NCBI GenBank assembly: GCA_045646865.1
Contig: JAZRLM010000004.1
Location: forward strand, 695-64,694
Source of the DNA: Clostridia bacterium
Lineage (GTDB): Bacteria > Bacillota > Clostridia > Monoglobales > Monoglobaceae
DNA: 64,000 bases
Reading direction: 5' to 3'
Part shown: positions 38,916 through 49,011 of the stretch, in pieces
Numbering within the stretch: the first letter of the stretch is position 1
Layout of the letters: each line of letters opens with the position of its first letter
The notes under the pieces: model-generated
Seen by the model: only the letters and a program-made list of their open reading frames with translations
The model's database searches: none
What the model was told of the DNA's origin: nothing
Translations under genes and position numbers: made by a program

Positions 38916-40622
38916 ATGTTACAAAAAAAATGGTTACTTAAAGAATTTGATAAGAACAGAGTTGTGGAGATTTCCAAGGAATTTGGTATTTCTCCGTTGA
39001 CATCAATTATTTTATATAACAGAGGCATCTCTGAAAGTGCAGAGATTGCTGAGTTTTTAAAATGTGATCTTGCAAACCTTCACGACCCATATTTGCTTAA
39101 AGATATGGATAAGGCTGTCAGCAGAATCAGACAGGCGCTTGTAAATAACGAAAAAATTACCATTTACGGCGATTATGATGTTGACGGTATCACAAGTATT
39201 GCAATTTTGTATAAACACCTTACCTCTATGGGTTTTGAGGTTGATTATTATATTCCAGACCGTATTCAGGAAGGTTACGGTGTAAATCGCGAAGCTTTGG
39301 ATACAATAAAAGAAAACGGAACAAAGGTTGTGATTACGGTTGATACAGGTATCACAGCTGTTGAGGAAACCGAATATGCTAAAAGTATAGGTATGGATAT
39401 AATCATTACAGACCATCACGAATGTAAAGAAACCATTCCTGAGGCATATGCGGCAATTGACCCAAAGCGCAAGGATTGCCAATATCCCTTTAAAAATCTT
39501 GCAGGGGTAGGCGTTGCTTTTAAGCTTATTCAGGCACTTGATGATAAAACATCTGTCAGCGAGCTTATCGAAAAATATTCTGACCTTATCTGTCTTGGTA
39601 CTGTTGCTGATATTTCTCCGTTGATTGATGAAAACAGAATAATTGTTACCAAAGGCCTTGAAAAGTTTGCCAATACCGAAAATATCGGTCTTAAGGCGCT
39701 TATTGATGTGTCAATTACCAATAACAAGGCAATAACAACATCAACAATTGGTTATATTCTTGCACCCCGAATCAATGCAAGCGGCAGACTTGGCTGTGCA
39801 TCACGCAGTGTTGAGATGTTCCTGACATCCGACAGAGAAAAGGCGTATGAGCTTGCAAATGACCTTTGCGAAGAAAACACAATCAGACAACAGACCGAGC
39901 AAAAGATGTTTGCCGAGGCTCTTGAATATTTAGAAAATAACCCTGCAATCAAAGACGATAAGGTTCTGGTTATTGCTCACGAAAACTGGCATCATGGTAT
40001 TGTTGGTATAGTTTCTTCAAAGATTACAGAGAAGTTTTATAAGCCTTCAATCCTTTTTGCAGTTGACGGTGATGAAGCAAAGGGTTCAGGCAGAAGTATA
40101 AGCGGTTTCAATCTTTTTGAAGCACTTGAGAACACAAGTGACATTCTTGAAAAATTTGGCGGACATGAGCTTGCCGCAGGACTTTCAATAAAAACTGACA
40201 ATATTGAAAAGTTCAGAGAAGCTATAAATCGGCAGACAGTTACAGATGTTGACGAAACTGCAATTATTCCCACAGTGGCTATTGATGCGGTAATCAAACC
40301 GTCATACATAACCTTAGAGACTGTTGACGAAATTAACAAACTTCAACCGTTCGGCGTTGATAATCCGTCTCCTGTATTTGCAGTACGCAATATCAAGATT
40401 CATAAAATCAGCACAATGAGCGAGGGCAAGCATCTTAGAATGACTTTGCTTAAGGAGAACAAGTTCCTTGATGCTGTGGGCTTTGGTATGGGCGAATATT
40501 ACAACCACCTTAAAGAAGGCGATTTTATTGAGGTTGCCTTTGGTCTGGATATAAACGATTATAAAGGATTTAAGAATGTACAGCTTATTTTGAAAGATAT
40601 TAAGCTTATGGATGTGAACTGA
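38916..40622 (+). CDS. recJ: Single-stranded-DNA-specific exonuclease RecJ
   Basis: DHH family motifs DYDVDGITS, VITVDTG and ITDHH, plus a DHHA1 region (GGHELAAG). Confidence 0.92.
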   Translation: MLQKKWLLKEFDKNRVVEISKEFGISPLTSIILYNRGISESAEIAEFLKCDLANLHDPYLLKDMDKAVSRIRQALVNNEKITIYGDYDVDGITSIAILYKHLTSMGFEVDYYIPDRIQEGYGVNREALDTIKENGTKVVITVDTGITAVEETEYAKSIGMDIIITDHHECKETIPEAYAAIDPKRKDCQYPFKNLAGVGVAFKLIQALDDKTSVSELIEKYSDLICLGTVADISPLIDENRIIVTKGLEKFANTENIGLKALIDVSITNNKAITTSTIGYILAPRINASGRLGCASRSVEMFLTSDREKAYELANDLCEENTIRQQTEQKMFAEALEYLENNPAIKDDKVLVIAHENWHHGIVGIVSSKITEKFYKPSILFAVDGDEAKGSGRSISGFNLFEALENTSDILEKFGGHELAAGLSIKTDNIEKFREAINRQTVTDVDETAIIPTVAIDAVIKPSYITLETVDEINKLQPFGVDNPSPVFAVRNIKIHKISTMSEGKHLRMTLLKENKFLDAVGFGMGEYYNHLKEGDFIEVAFGLDINDYKGFKNVQLILKDIKLMDVN

Positions 40623-40626
40623 TATA

Positions 40627-42804
40627 ATGCAAAATCAACTGGATAACCTGATTAACAAATTAAAAACATATAATCCTTCGGGCAAATTTGACCTTGTTGA
40701 GAAGGCTTTTCACTATGCCAAAGAAAAGCACGAAGGACAGTTGCGTGTTTCGGGTGAACCGTTCTTTATGCATCCTGTTGCTGTTGCTAATATTCTTGCG
40801 GATATGGAGCTTGATGCAAGTTCGGTTGCGGCGGCGCTTCTGCACGACGTGGTGGAGGATACCGAAGTTACTGACGAAGAAATTGCACGGGAATTTGGTG
40901 ATACCATATCCTTGCTTGTTTCGGGTGTTACAAAGCTTGGTAAAATTCCATACACATCAAACGAGGATCAGCAGATTGAAAACCTGAGAAAAATGTTCCT
41001 TGCTATGGCGAAGGATGTCCGCGTTATAGTTATAAAGCTGGCTGACCGCCTGCATAATATGCGGACTTTAAAGTCTATGCCCGAACATAAGCAAAGAGAA
41101 AAAGCAAGAGAAACTCTTGAGGTTTTTGCACCTCTTGCTCACCGTCTTGGTATGTCAAAGATTAAGATTGAGCTTGAGGATTTGTCTCTTAGGTATATCG
41201 ACCCTATTGGTTATTATGAAATTGTTGACAAAATCAGCCTGAAACGAAGCGAACGCGAAAAGTATATTAACGATATAATCAATGTATTTACCGAGCGTCT
41301 TGAAAAAATTCAGATTGATGCTAAAGTCGAAGGCCGTGCAAAGCATTTTTACAGCATCTACCGTAAAATGTTTATGCAAAATAAGAATATTGATGAGATT
41401 TATGATTTGTTTGCAGTGCGTGTGATTGTTAACACCGATGCAGACTGTTATGCCGTTCTTGGCATGGTGCACGAACAATTTTTGCCCATTCCAGGCAGAT
41501 TCAAAGACTATATTGCTATGCCCAAACCCAATATGTATCAGTCATTACATTCAACGGTTATCGGTCCCAACGGCACTCCTTTTGAGATACAGATACGAAC
41601 ATGGGAAATGCACCGTACAGCAGAAAACGGTATCGCAGCCCATTGGAAGTATAAAGAAGGTATAAGCGGCGCGTCAGACCTTGACAACAAGCTGGAATGG
41701 ATTAAACAGCTTCTTGACATCCAGAATGATATGACCAATGCCGAAGATTTTATGCAGACCCTTAAGATTGATATGTTCAGCGACGAGGTGTTTGTGTTTA
41801 CCCCAAAGGGTGATGTTATCAGCCTTCCTGCAGGTGCAACGCCTATTGACTTTGCTTATGCAATCCATAGTGCGATAGGTAATAAAATGCAGGGTGCAAA
41901 GGTAAACGGTAAGATTGTTACCCTTGACTATCATCTGCAAAACGGTGATATTATTGAGATTAACACATCCAATGCATCACGCGGCCCCAATCTTGACTGG
42001 CTTAAAATTGCAAGAACTTCTCAGGCACGAAACAAGATAAATCAATGGCTGAAAAAGGAAAACAGAGCCGAGAATATTATCAAAGGTAAAGAAATTTTTG
42101 AAAAAGAACTCAAAAAAGCAAACATTCCGATTTCATACATGAATGACGATGATATGCTGGAGGGTCTTCTTTCAAAATACGGCTTCAAGCAGCTTGAAGA
42201 TATGTTTGCAACCCTTGGTTACGGTGGTTCAAGCGGCAGTAAATATCTTGCAAAATTCAAAGAAAAATGTAAAAAAGATCTTGCAAGCAAGCATAATATA
42301 AATGATATTCCTGACCAGTTTGTGTTTAAAACATCAGGCAAAGCCAACAACAGCGGTGTTATTGTTGAGGGTATCGACAACTGCCTTGTAAGAATTTCGC
42401 ATTGCTGCAGCCCTGTCCCCGGTGATAAAATCATTGGTTATGTTACCCGTGGTCGCGGTGTTGCGGTTCACCGCACAGACTGTATAAATATTACAAATGC
42501 AAAATTCTCACCCGAGGAGGAGCAGAGATTTATTAATGTCTGCTGGGCACAGGCGGTTGAAAACAACTTTCAGGCACTTCTTTGTATCACGGCAATTGAC
42601 AGAGATTCATTGCTTGTCGATATTACTACCATTACCGCAGAATTACGAACTCCCATAAAGAGTCTTAATGCAAGAACGGTTAAGAATAATGTTGCGATTG
42701 TAGAAATTTCAATCGAAGTAAAAAACACCGAACATCTTGATAATGCTATTAAAAAACTTAAACAGATTGACGGTATACAATCAGTAGTCCGCAGGCGTCA
42801 GTAG
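40627..42804 (+). CDS. relA: Bifunctional (p)ppGpp synthetase/hydrolase
   Basis: 725 aa with an HD domain (LLHDVVEDT), synthetase domain, TGS and C-terminal ACT. Confidence 0.93.
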   Translation: MQNQLDNLINKLKTYNPSGKFDLVEKAFHYAKEKHEGQLRVSGEPFFMHPVAVANILADMELDASSVAAALLHDVVEDTEVTDEEIAREFGDTISLLVSGVTKLGKIPYTSNEDQQIENLRKMFLAMAKDVRVIVIKLADRLHNMRTLKSMPEHKQREKARETLEVFAPLAHRLGMSKIKIELEDLSLRYIDPIGYYEIVDKISLKRSEREKYINDIINVFTERLEKIQIDAKVEGRAKHFYSIYRKMFMQNKNIDEIYDLFAVRVIVNTDADCYAVLGMVHEQFLPIPGRFKDYIAMPKPNMYQSLHSTVIGPNGTPFEIQIRTWEMHRTAENGIAAHWKYKEGISGASDLDNKLEWIKQLLDIQNDMTNAEDFMQTLKIDMFSDEVFVFTPKGDVISLPAGATPIDFAYAIHSAIGNKMQGAKVNGKIVTLDYHLQNGDIIEINTSNASRGPNLDWLKIARTSQARNKINQWLKKENRAENIIKGKEIFEKELKKANIPISYMNDDDMLEGLLSKYGFKQLEDMFATLGYGGSSGSKYLAKFKEKCKKDLASKHNINDIPDQFVFKTSGKANNSGVIVEGIDNCLVRISHCCSPVPGDKIIGYVTRGRGVAVHRTDCINITNAKFSPEEEQRFINVCWAQAVENNFQALLCITAIDRDSLLVDITTITAELRTPIKSLNARTVKNNVAIVEISIEVKNTEHLDNAIKKLKQIDGIQSVVRRRQ

Positions 42805-42835
42805 AGCCTGCGGTCTTGAATATACGGAGGTTTTT

Positions 42836-43447
42836 ATGGAATTTCAGATATTTTCTCTTGGAGATTTAGCCACAAATTCATATATTTTATATGACCAAAA
42901 CAGCGGTGTTGCGGCACTTTTTGATGCACCTGCCGAGGCAGAGGTTATACTTGCTTTTCTAAACAAAAAAGGTGTTGACCTGAAATATATTTTTCTCACT
43001 CACGCACACTTTGACCATATAATGGCACTAAAGGAGCTGAAAACAGCAACAGGAGCACAAATTGTTGTCCATAGTGATGAAGAACAGTATCTCAACAATA
43101 CAGGCCTGAATTTATCATATATCCCTTTACCTGAGGTTAAAGCTGATATTTTGGTGAACGATGGTGACGTTATTGAGTTTGCCGATGTGAAAATTAAGGT
43201 AATTCACACTCCCGGTCATACTCTGGGCGGCGTATGCTATCTCTTTGACGAAACTTTGGTCAGTGGTGATACCTTGTTTTGTGGCTCAATCGGCAGATAT
43301 GACTTCCCGATGGGTGATTTCCATACGGAAATAAATTCCATAAAAGAAAAACTGTTGATTTTGCCTGACGATATAAAGGTTTATCCTGGTCACGGCCCGT
43401 CAACAACAATAGGAAACGAAAGAAAGGAAAATCCCTACTTGCTATGA
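42836..43447 (+). CDS. MBL-fold metallo-hydrolase
   Basis: THAHFDH motif; 203 aa. Confidence 0.85.
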   Translation: MEFQIFSLGDLATNSYILYDQNSGVAALFDAPAEAEVILAFLNKKGVDLKYIFLTHAHFDHIMALKELKTATGAQIVVHSDEEQYLNNTGLNLSYIPLPEVKADILVNDGDVIEFADVKIKVIHTPGHTLGGVCYLFDETLVSGDTLFCGSIGRYDFPMGDFHTEINSIKEKLLILPDDIKVYPGHGPSTTIGNERKENPYLL

Positions 43448-44613
43448 GTGATATTTTAAGCCCTTGGGGTATTCTGAATGGGATTCGTCCCGTAAAAATT
43501 GCATATAAGCTGATAAAATCTGGCAAAACCCCTGCTGAAACAGTTGAGTATTTTATAAACGAATACGGTGCAAGCCGCGAAAAGGCAGAGCTTGCCGTGC
43601 GTGTTGCAAAAGTGGAGATGCCCATAATTGATTCGATGGACGAAAAAGGTATAAGCATTTATATTGGTATACCCTTTTGCCCCACAAGATGTCTTTATTG
43701 TTCGTTTGTAAGCAACAGTGTGGCAAACGGTGCAAAGTATATACCCGAATATCTTGAATGTCTGAGACGGGAAATCGCTTATACTGCCGATATTATCAGA
43801 CAGAATAAAAATGTTGTCGAAAGCGTATACATAGGCGGAGGAACTCCTACAACCCTTAGCGCAGAACAACTGAAATTTTTGTTTGACGGAATTTTCACTG
43901 AGTTTGATTTGTCTAGAAACAAAGAATTTACAGTAGAGGCAGGCAGACCCGATACAATTACAGAAGAAAAGCTTAAAGCGATAAAAGATTTCGGGATTGA
44001 CCGTATAAGCATCAACCCACAGTCAATGAATGACGAAACATTGAAAATCATAGGCAGAAACCATACTCCCGATGATATTCGTCGCGCATATTTTATGGCA
44101 AGAGAATGTGGAATTGACTGCATAAATATGGATATTATTGCGGGTCTTCCGGGTGAAACGGTTGATATGTTTAAATATACGGTGGAAGAGGTTGAAAAAC
44201 TGAATCCCGAAAATACTACGGTTCATACAATGAGTATAAAGCGTTCTTCCAAACTTAATGAAACTCTGGGGGATTATAACCTTACCGATGATTATAAGGT
44301 GGCTGAAATGGTTGATTTTTCAATGAAAACAATTACGGCAAACGGCAAGAATCCATATTATCTGTACAGACAAAAAAATATGCTTGGCAATCTTGAAAAC
44401 GTTGGCTATGCAAAGTCGGGTTATGAGAGCCTTTATAACATTTATATTATGGAAGAGGTACAGACTATAATTTCTTTAGGCTGCGGTGGTGTAACAAAGA
44501 CTGTTGACCGTGCAACAGACCGAATAGAGCGAATTTTTAATGTTAAAGAACCAAAGGATTATATTGAGAGAATTGATGAAATGCTTCACAGAAAAGATGT
44601 TCTTTTGGGATAA
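43444..44613 (+). CDS. Radical SAM HemN/HemZ-like oxygen-independent coproporphyrinogen oxidase family protein
   Basis: CPTRCLYCSF radical-SAM cluster. ATGA overlap with the preceding gene. Confidence 0.75.
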   Translation: MSDILSPWGILNGIRPVKIAYKLIKSGKTPAETVEYFINEYGASREKAELAVRVAKVEMPIIDSMDEKGISIYIGIPFCPTRCLYCSFVSNSVANGAKYIPEYLECLRREIAYTADIIRQNKNVVESVYIGGGTPTTLSAEQLKFLFDGIFTEFDLSRNKEFTVEAGRPDTITEEKLKAIKDFGIDRISINPQSMNDETLKIIGRNHTPDDIRRAYFMARECGIDCINMDIIAGLPGETVDMFKYTVEEVEKLNPENTTVHTMSIKRSSKLNETLGDYNLTDDYKVAEMVDFSMKTITANGKNPYYLYRQKNMLGNLENVGYAKSGYESLYNIYIMEEVQTIISLGCGGVTKTVDRATDRIERIFNVKEPKDYIERIDEMLHRKDVLLG

Positions 44614-44614
44614 T

Positions 44615-44660
44615 AAAACAGGCATCTGTTTGATTTCACAGATGCCTGTTTTATTTTTTT
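44615..44660. terminator. Bidirectional terminator
   Basis: AAAACAGGCATCTGtttgatttcaCAGATGCCTGTTTT followed by attttttt. Confidence 0.8.
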
Positions 44661-44857
44661 ATACCCAAAAGGTAGTCGGCAGAGATATTAAAAAAACGAC
44701 ATATTTCTACAATATCCTGTATGCTTGGCTCATATCGGTTTAACTCCAGATAAGATATTTTTCTTTGCGTCATATTTAAAGCCTTGCCCAAGTCAGACTG
44801 AGTAAGATTATGGTCTTCACGAAGATTTTTTATTTTATCACCAAAAGTTAAATTCAT
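44651..44857 (-). CDS. XRE-family helix-turn-helix regulator
   Basis: 68 aa with IKNLREDHNLTQSDLGKALNMTQRKISYLE. Confidence 0.85.
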   Translation of the reverse strand: MNLTFGDKIKNLREDHNLTQSDLGKALNMTQRKISYLELNRYEPSIQDIVEICRFFNISADYLLGIKK

Positions 44858-44881
44858 TTAAATCACCATATTTAATTTAAC

Positions 44882-44928
44882 ATAGATAAAAAATATCTAT
44901 TGACATTTAGATATAAAACGTCTATAAT
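44882..44928 (+). promoter_or_regulatory. Consensus promoter with overlapping inverted-repeat operator
   Basis: ATAGATAaaaaaTATCTAT abuts TTGACA (44900), a 17-nt spacer and TATAAT (44923). A TAGATA motif recurs inside the spacer. Confidence 0.55.
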
Positions 44929-44977
44929 ATTTGTATGCATTACAAGAATAAACAATACAAAGGAGAGACGTATTTAA

Positions 44978-45559
44978 TTGACTACAGTTGTATTAGTATT
45001 TATGGTTTTCGTATTATTTGCATATTTAACAAGTGAAAAAATCAGGCTTTATAAACAGAAGAAATTGCTTTCCGAATTGGAGATGTGGCACAAAATTGCG
45101 ATTACGGATGATTTAACCGGAATATATAACCGTGCTGCATATAGCAGTCGCATAGATAATTTAAAAAGTAAAATAAACGCCAATAATTTTAGTTTTGCAA
45201 TTATACTTTTTGATATAGATAATTTTAAAGCGATAAACGATACATATGGTCATTTGGAGGGTGACAGAGTGCTACAGATTTGTTCTAAAATGCTTTGTAA
45301 TATTTTTTCGCATCCTGACTATATTGTATATCGCATTGGTGGTGATGAGTTTGCGGTTATATTACAAAATATAACCGAGAATGACTTAATTAAACTCTTA
45401 ATAAAGGTCCGAGAACAGGAGCGCAAGGATATAGGATTTAAAATATCTAAGGGTTATTCCTTTTGGGATAAAAATTGCGATTTTGCGGATGTTTTTAAGC
45501 AGGCTGACGAAATGTTGTATGCCGACAAGGCTTCCAAAACGGCAAATCGTCAGAATTAA
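44978..45559 (+). CDS. Membrane-anchored GGDEF diguanylate cyclase
   Basis: One N-terminal TM segment, a short coiled segment, and a GGDEF domain (DDLTGIYNR, DIDNFKAINDTYGH, RIGGDEF). TTG start. Confidence 0.8.
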   Translation: MTTVVLVFMVFVLFAYLTSEKIRLYKQKKLLSELEMWHKIAITDDLTGIYNRAAYSSRIDNLKSKINANNFSFAIILFDIDNFKAINDTYGHLEGDRVLQICSKMLCNIFSHPDYIVYRIGGDEFAVILQNITENDLIKLLIKVREQERKDIGFKISKGYSFWDKNCDFADVFKQADEMLYADKASKTANRQN

Positions 45560-45614
45560 AATTATAAGTGCAAATCAGTTGACAAAAATTACATATAATG
45601 GTATACTATATATA

Positions 45615-45802
45615 ACGAATAAAAATTCTTCGGGGCAGGGCGAAATTCCCGACCGGCGGTAAAGTCCGCGACTTGCAGAAATGCAATTGATTTGGTGAAA
45701 TTCCAAAACCGACAGTACAGTCTGGATGTGAGAAGAGGTTTTATGCTGTGCATAGAATTTTTTTGAGTATTTGTCCCGATTTAAAAATCGGGACATTTTT
45801 TT
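45615..45802 (+). promoter_or_regulatory. FMN riboswitch (RFN element) with terminator
   Basis: CUUCGGGGCAGGGCGAAAUUCCCGACCGGCGGUAAAGUCCGCG..GGUGAAAUUCCAAAACCGACAGU..GUCUGGAUG. Terminator TGTCCCGATttaaaaATCGGGACA followed by T8. Promoter is TTGACA (45579), a 17-nt spacer, then TATACT. Confidence 0.9.
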
Positions 45803-45827
45803 TGACATAATTTAAGGAGTGATTTAT

Positions 45828-46421
45828 ATGAAAAACAAAAATACCGCGTGGCTTGTAAGAGTGGCAATGCTTTCGGCAGTTGCAACAATTCTGATGTTAT
45901 TTGAATTTCCGTTACCGTTTGTTGCTCCGCCATTTTATGAAATTGATTTAAGCGAGGTTCCTGTGTTTATTGGTGCCTTTGCTATGGGTCCCTTAGCTGG
46001 TGTTGTTATTGAAGGTGTAAAAATCTTACTTAATCTGATTATTAACGGAACAGTTACCGCAGGAGTTGGCGAGGCGGCAAACTTTGTTATGGGTGTGGTG
46101 TTTGTTTTGCCTGCTGCGTTGATATATAAGAGAAAAAAGTCAAAATCAAATGCAGTGATTGGATTGATAATCGGTACTGTTGTTATGACGGTTTCAAGCT
46201 GTTTTATTAATGCTTTTATAATGTTGCCGGTTTTTGCAAGTGCATTTAAAATGCCTGTTGATGTGATAGTAGGAATGGGAACAAAAATCTGGCCGGCTGT
46301 TGATACTATGCTTGAATTTGTTCTTTTGTGTGTTGCACCATTTAATCTGCTTAAGGGCGTGACTGTTTCGGTTGTGACGATACTGATTTATAAGTATGTA
46401 AGTCCTTTGCTTAAAAAGTAA
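45828..46421 (+). CDS. ribU: ECF-type riboflavin transporter S component
   Basis: About 197-aa, 5-6 TM protein directly behind an FMN riboswitch. ATG follows AAGGAG. Confidence 0.75.
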   Translation: MKNKNTAWLVRVAMLSAVATILMLFEFPLPFVAPPFYEIDLSEVPVFIGAFAMGPLAGVVIEGVKILLNLIINGTVTAGVGEAANFVMGVVFVLPAALIYKRKKSKSNAVIGLIIGTVVMTVSSCFINAFIMLPVFASAFKMPVDVIVGMGTKIWPAVDTMLEFVLLCVAPFNLLKGVTVSVVTILIYKYVSPLLKK

Positions 46422-46464
46422 AAAAATCTATTGACAAATACCGTCAATTAAAGTATAATATTCA

Positions 46465-46689
46465 GGAAGATAGAGGCGCGTTGTGTCATCAGTAGGCAAA
46501 TTTATATGCTTGCCAGGCAGAATTTGTTGAAAGGGGCAGACGCCGAAGACGGTTTACGGCAAAAAACCGATCTGGCAACCGAAAATAATATTTTGGTTGT
46601 TGTCGCAGCAATGCGGAGGGCTATCATATTTGAATGTTGATTTATGATACGTTTGTATATGATAGTTGATTTCAGCTATCATTTTTTTA
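46465..46689 (+). promoter_or_regulatory. Lysine riboswitch (L-box) with terminator
   Basis: GAUAGAGGCGCG..CAGUAGG..GAAAGGGGCAGACGCCGAAG..CUGG..UGUCGC..GGAGGGCUAUC. Terminator 46659-46689. Promoter is TTGACA (46431), a 17-nt spacer, then TATAAT (46454). Confidence 0.85.
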
Positions 46690-46728
46690 TGCCAATATCT
46701 TGAAAAAATTAAAAGGAGTTTGAACAAT

Positions 46729-47616
46729 ATGAAAAACACAGTATTTACAGGAGTCGCAACAGCCATAGTTACACCTCTTAACGAAAAAGGCATTGACTAT
46801 GAGGCTTTTGAAAGACTTATTGAATGGCAGATAGAGGAAGGTATCAATGCAATAGTTGTTGCCGGTACAACGGGCGAGGGCTCTACTTTGACAGACGAGG
46901 AGCACAAGGATGTAATTAAGTTTGCAGTTGAAAAGGTAGCAGGCAGAGTTCCCGTTATTGCAGGTACAGGCTCAAATGATACAGCATATGCAATTGAGCT
47001 TACAAAGTATGCGTGCGAAGCAGGTGCTGATGCAATGTTGGTTGTTACACCTTATTACAACAAGGCAACACAGAAGGGTCTTATTCAGTCATTTACTGCA
47101 ATTGCTGATGCAAGTACAAAACCTGTTATCCTTTATAATGTACCAAGCCGTACAGGATGTAATATTGAGCCTGCAACATGCGCAGAGCTTGCAAAGCATC
47201 CCAATATTGTAGGTATCAAGGAAGCAAGCGGAAACATCTCACAAATTGCAAAAATTGCATCATTGGTTGGCGATGAAATGGATATTTATTCGGGTAATGA
47301 TGACCAGATTGTTCCCATAATGTCACTTGGGGGCAAGGGGGTAATCTCTGTATTATCAAATATTCTTCCAAAGGAAACTGTAAAGATTTGCGATGAATAT
47401 TTTGCAGGAAACACAAAGGCAAGTGCTGACCTTCAACTTAAATACCTTGAACTTATTGATGCACTTTTCTGCGAGGTTAACCCCATCCCTGTTAAGGCGG
47501 CAACCGCTGCTATGGGCTTTGGCGAGAACTACCTCAGACTGCCCCTTACACCTATGGATGATACAAAAATGCAGAATATGTTCAGACTTATGAAGGAATG
47601 TGGAATAGAGATTTAA
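46729..47616 (+). CDS. dapA: 4-hydroxy-tetrahydrodipicolinate synthase
   Basis: Start taken at MKNTVFTGVATAIVTP after AAGGAG. GTTGEGSTLT motif. Confidence 0.92.
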   Translation: MKNTVFTGVATAIVTPLNEKGIDYEAFERLIEWQIEEGINAIVVAGTTGEGSTLTDEEHKDVIKFAVEKVAGRVPVIAGTGSNDTAYAIELTKYACEAGADAMLVVTPYYNKATQKGLIQSFTAIADASTKPVILYNVPSRTGCNIEPATCAELAKHPNIVGIKEASGNISQIAKIASLVGDEMDIYSGNDDQIVPIMSLGGKGVISVLSNILPKETVKICDEYFAGNTKASADLQLKYLELIDALFCEVNPIPVKAATAAMGFGENYLRLPLTPMDDTKMQNMFRLMKECGIEI

Positions 47617-47634
47617 GAACGAGAGGAATTATTG

Positions 47635-48933
47635 ATGATTTGTGATAATTTAGGAGTTGCCGAAAACGGAAATTTAACTTTTGCAGGCAGAGATACCGCT
47701 ATGCTGGCAAATAAATACGGAACACCCCTATATCTTATGGATGAAGAGAAAATCCGTCATAACTGCCGTGTCTATCTTGATGCAATGAAGGCGCATTTTG
47801 GTACAAGTGCCCTGCCCCTTTATGCAAGCAAGGCTGCCTCCTTTAAGCAGATTTACAGAATTATGAAGGAGGAAGGCATGGGGGTTGATGTTGTATCAGC
47901 AGGCGAAATTTGTACTGCTGCTGCCGCAGAATTCCCTATGGAAAAGGTCTACTTTCACGGCAATAACAAAACTGATGCAGACATTGAATATGCAATTAAA
48001 AACGGTGTAGGATGCTTTGTGGCAGACAACTGTGAAGAAATTGATGCAATTGACGAGATTTCTGAAAGAATGGGTGTTTGCTCAAAAATTCTCATAAGAA
48101 TTACACCCGGTATTGACCCCCATACATACGACGAGGTTGCAACCGGCAAGGTTGACTCGAAATTCGGGTCTGCGATTGAAACCGGTGCGGCAGATGCTAT
48201 TACCGATTATGCACTTTCAAAAAAGAATGTTGACATTTGGGGTTTTCATTGCCACGTTGGTTCAATGGTTTTTGATTCGGATGTGTTCTTTAAAACTGCA
48301 GATGTTATGCTTAAATTTATAGCAAAAGCCGAAAAGGAAAAAGGCTTTAAAACGAGAGAACTTAACCTTGGCGGCGGTTATGGTGTAAGATATACAGATG
48401 CCGACCCCACAATAGATATTGGTGCAAATATTGCCCTTGTTGCAAAAACCGTTAAGGAAAAATGTTCAGAACTTGGCATAGATGTACCAAGCATAAGAAT
48501 GGAGCCGGGACGTTCAATTGTGGCAGATAGCGGTATGACCTTGTATAAGGTTGGCAGCGTAAAGCAAATTCCCGAATACAGAAATTATGTATCAATCGAC
48601 GGTGGTATGGCAGATAACCCCAGATTTGCGCTTTACAAGTCTGATTATACTGTTTTGCTTGCCAATAAAATGAACGAAAAGAGTGATTTTAATTGCTCGG
48701 TTGTGGGCAGATGTTGTGAATGTGGCGACATTATTCAGGAGAATGTGAAGCTGCCGTCATCTGTAAAACGTGGTGATACTGTTGCTGTACTGACAACTGG
48801 TGCGTATAACTATTCAATGGCGTCAAACTATAACAGACTTCCAAGACCGCCCATTGTAATGCTTACAAAGGACAGCGAATATGTTGCAGTCCGCAGAGAA
48901 TCCCTTGAAGATTTGATTAATAATGATTTGTAA
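47635..48933 (+). CDS. lysA: Diaminopimelate decarboxylase
   Basis: About 432 aa, Orn/DAP/Arg decarboxylase fold (YASKA PLP-Lys region, GGGYGV, CCECGD). Confidence 0.9.
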   Translation: MICDNLGVAENGNLTFAGRDTAMLANKYGTPLYLMDEEKIRHNCRVYLDAMKAHFGTSALPLYASKAASFKQIYRIMKEEGMGVDVVSAGEICTAAAAEFPMEKVYFHGNNKTDADIEYAIKNGVGCFVADNCEEIDAIDEISERMGVCSKILIRITPGIDPHTYDEVATGKVDSKFGSAIETGAADAITDYALSKKNVDIWGFHCHVGSMVFDSDVFFKTADVMLKFIAKAEKEKGFKTRELNLGGGYGVRYTDADPTIDIGANIALVAKTVKEKCSELGIDVPSIRMEPGRSIVADSGMTLYKVGSVKQIPEYRNYVSIDGGMADNPRFALYKSDYTVLLANKMNEKSDFNCSVVGRCCECGDIIQENVKLPSSVKRGDTVAVLTTGAYNYSMASNYNRLPRPPIVMLTKDSEYVAVRRESLEDLINNDL

Positions 48934-48936
48934 ATG

Positions 48937-49000
48937 AAAAAGAAGCCTGCGGGCTTCTTTTTGTGTATATAAAAGCACCCGATTAAAATCGGGTGCTTTT
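48937..49000. terminator. Two terminator hairpins between convergent genes
   Basis: AAGAAGCCtgcGGGCTTCTT followed by ttt, and AAAAGCACCCGATtaaaATCGGGTGCTTTT. Confidence 0.8.
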
Positions 49001-49011
49001 GTCAATGTTTT

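Noticed and set aside
45575-45808. 77-aa minus-strand ORF
   Set aside because: It is antisense to a clear FMN riboswitch and its terminator.
46554-46793. 79-aa minus-strand ORF, and the long N-terminal extension of dapA (46666)
   Set aside because: Both overlap the lysine riboswitch and its terminator. dapA starts at 46729 behind AAGGAG.
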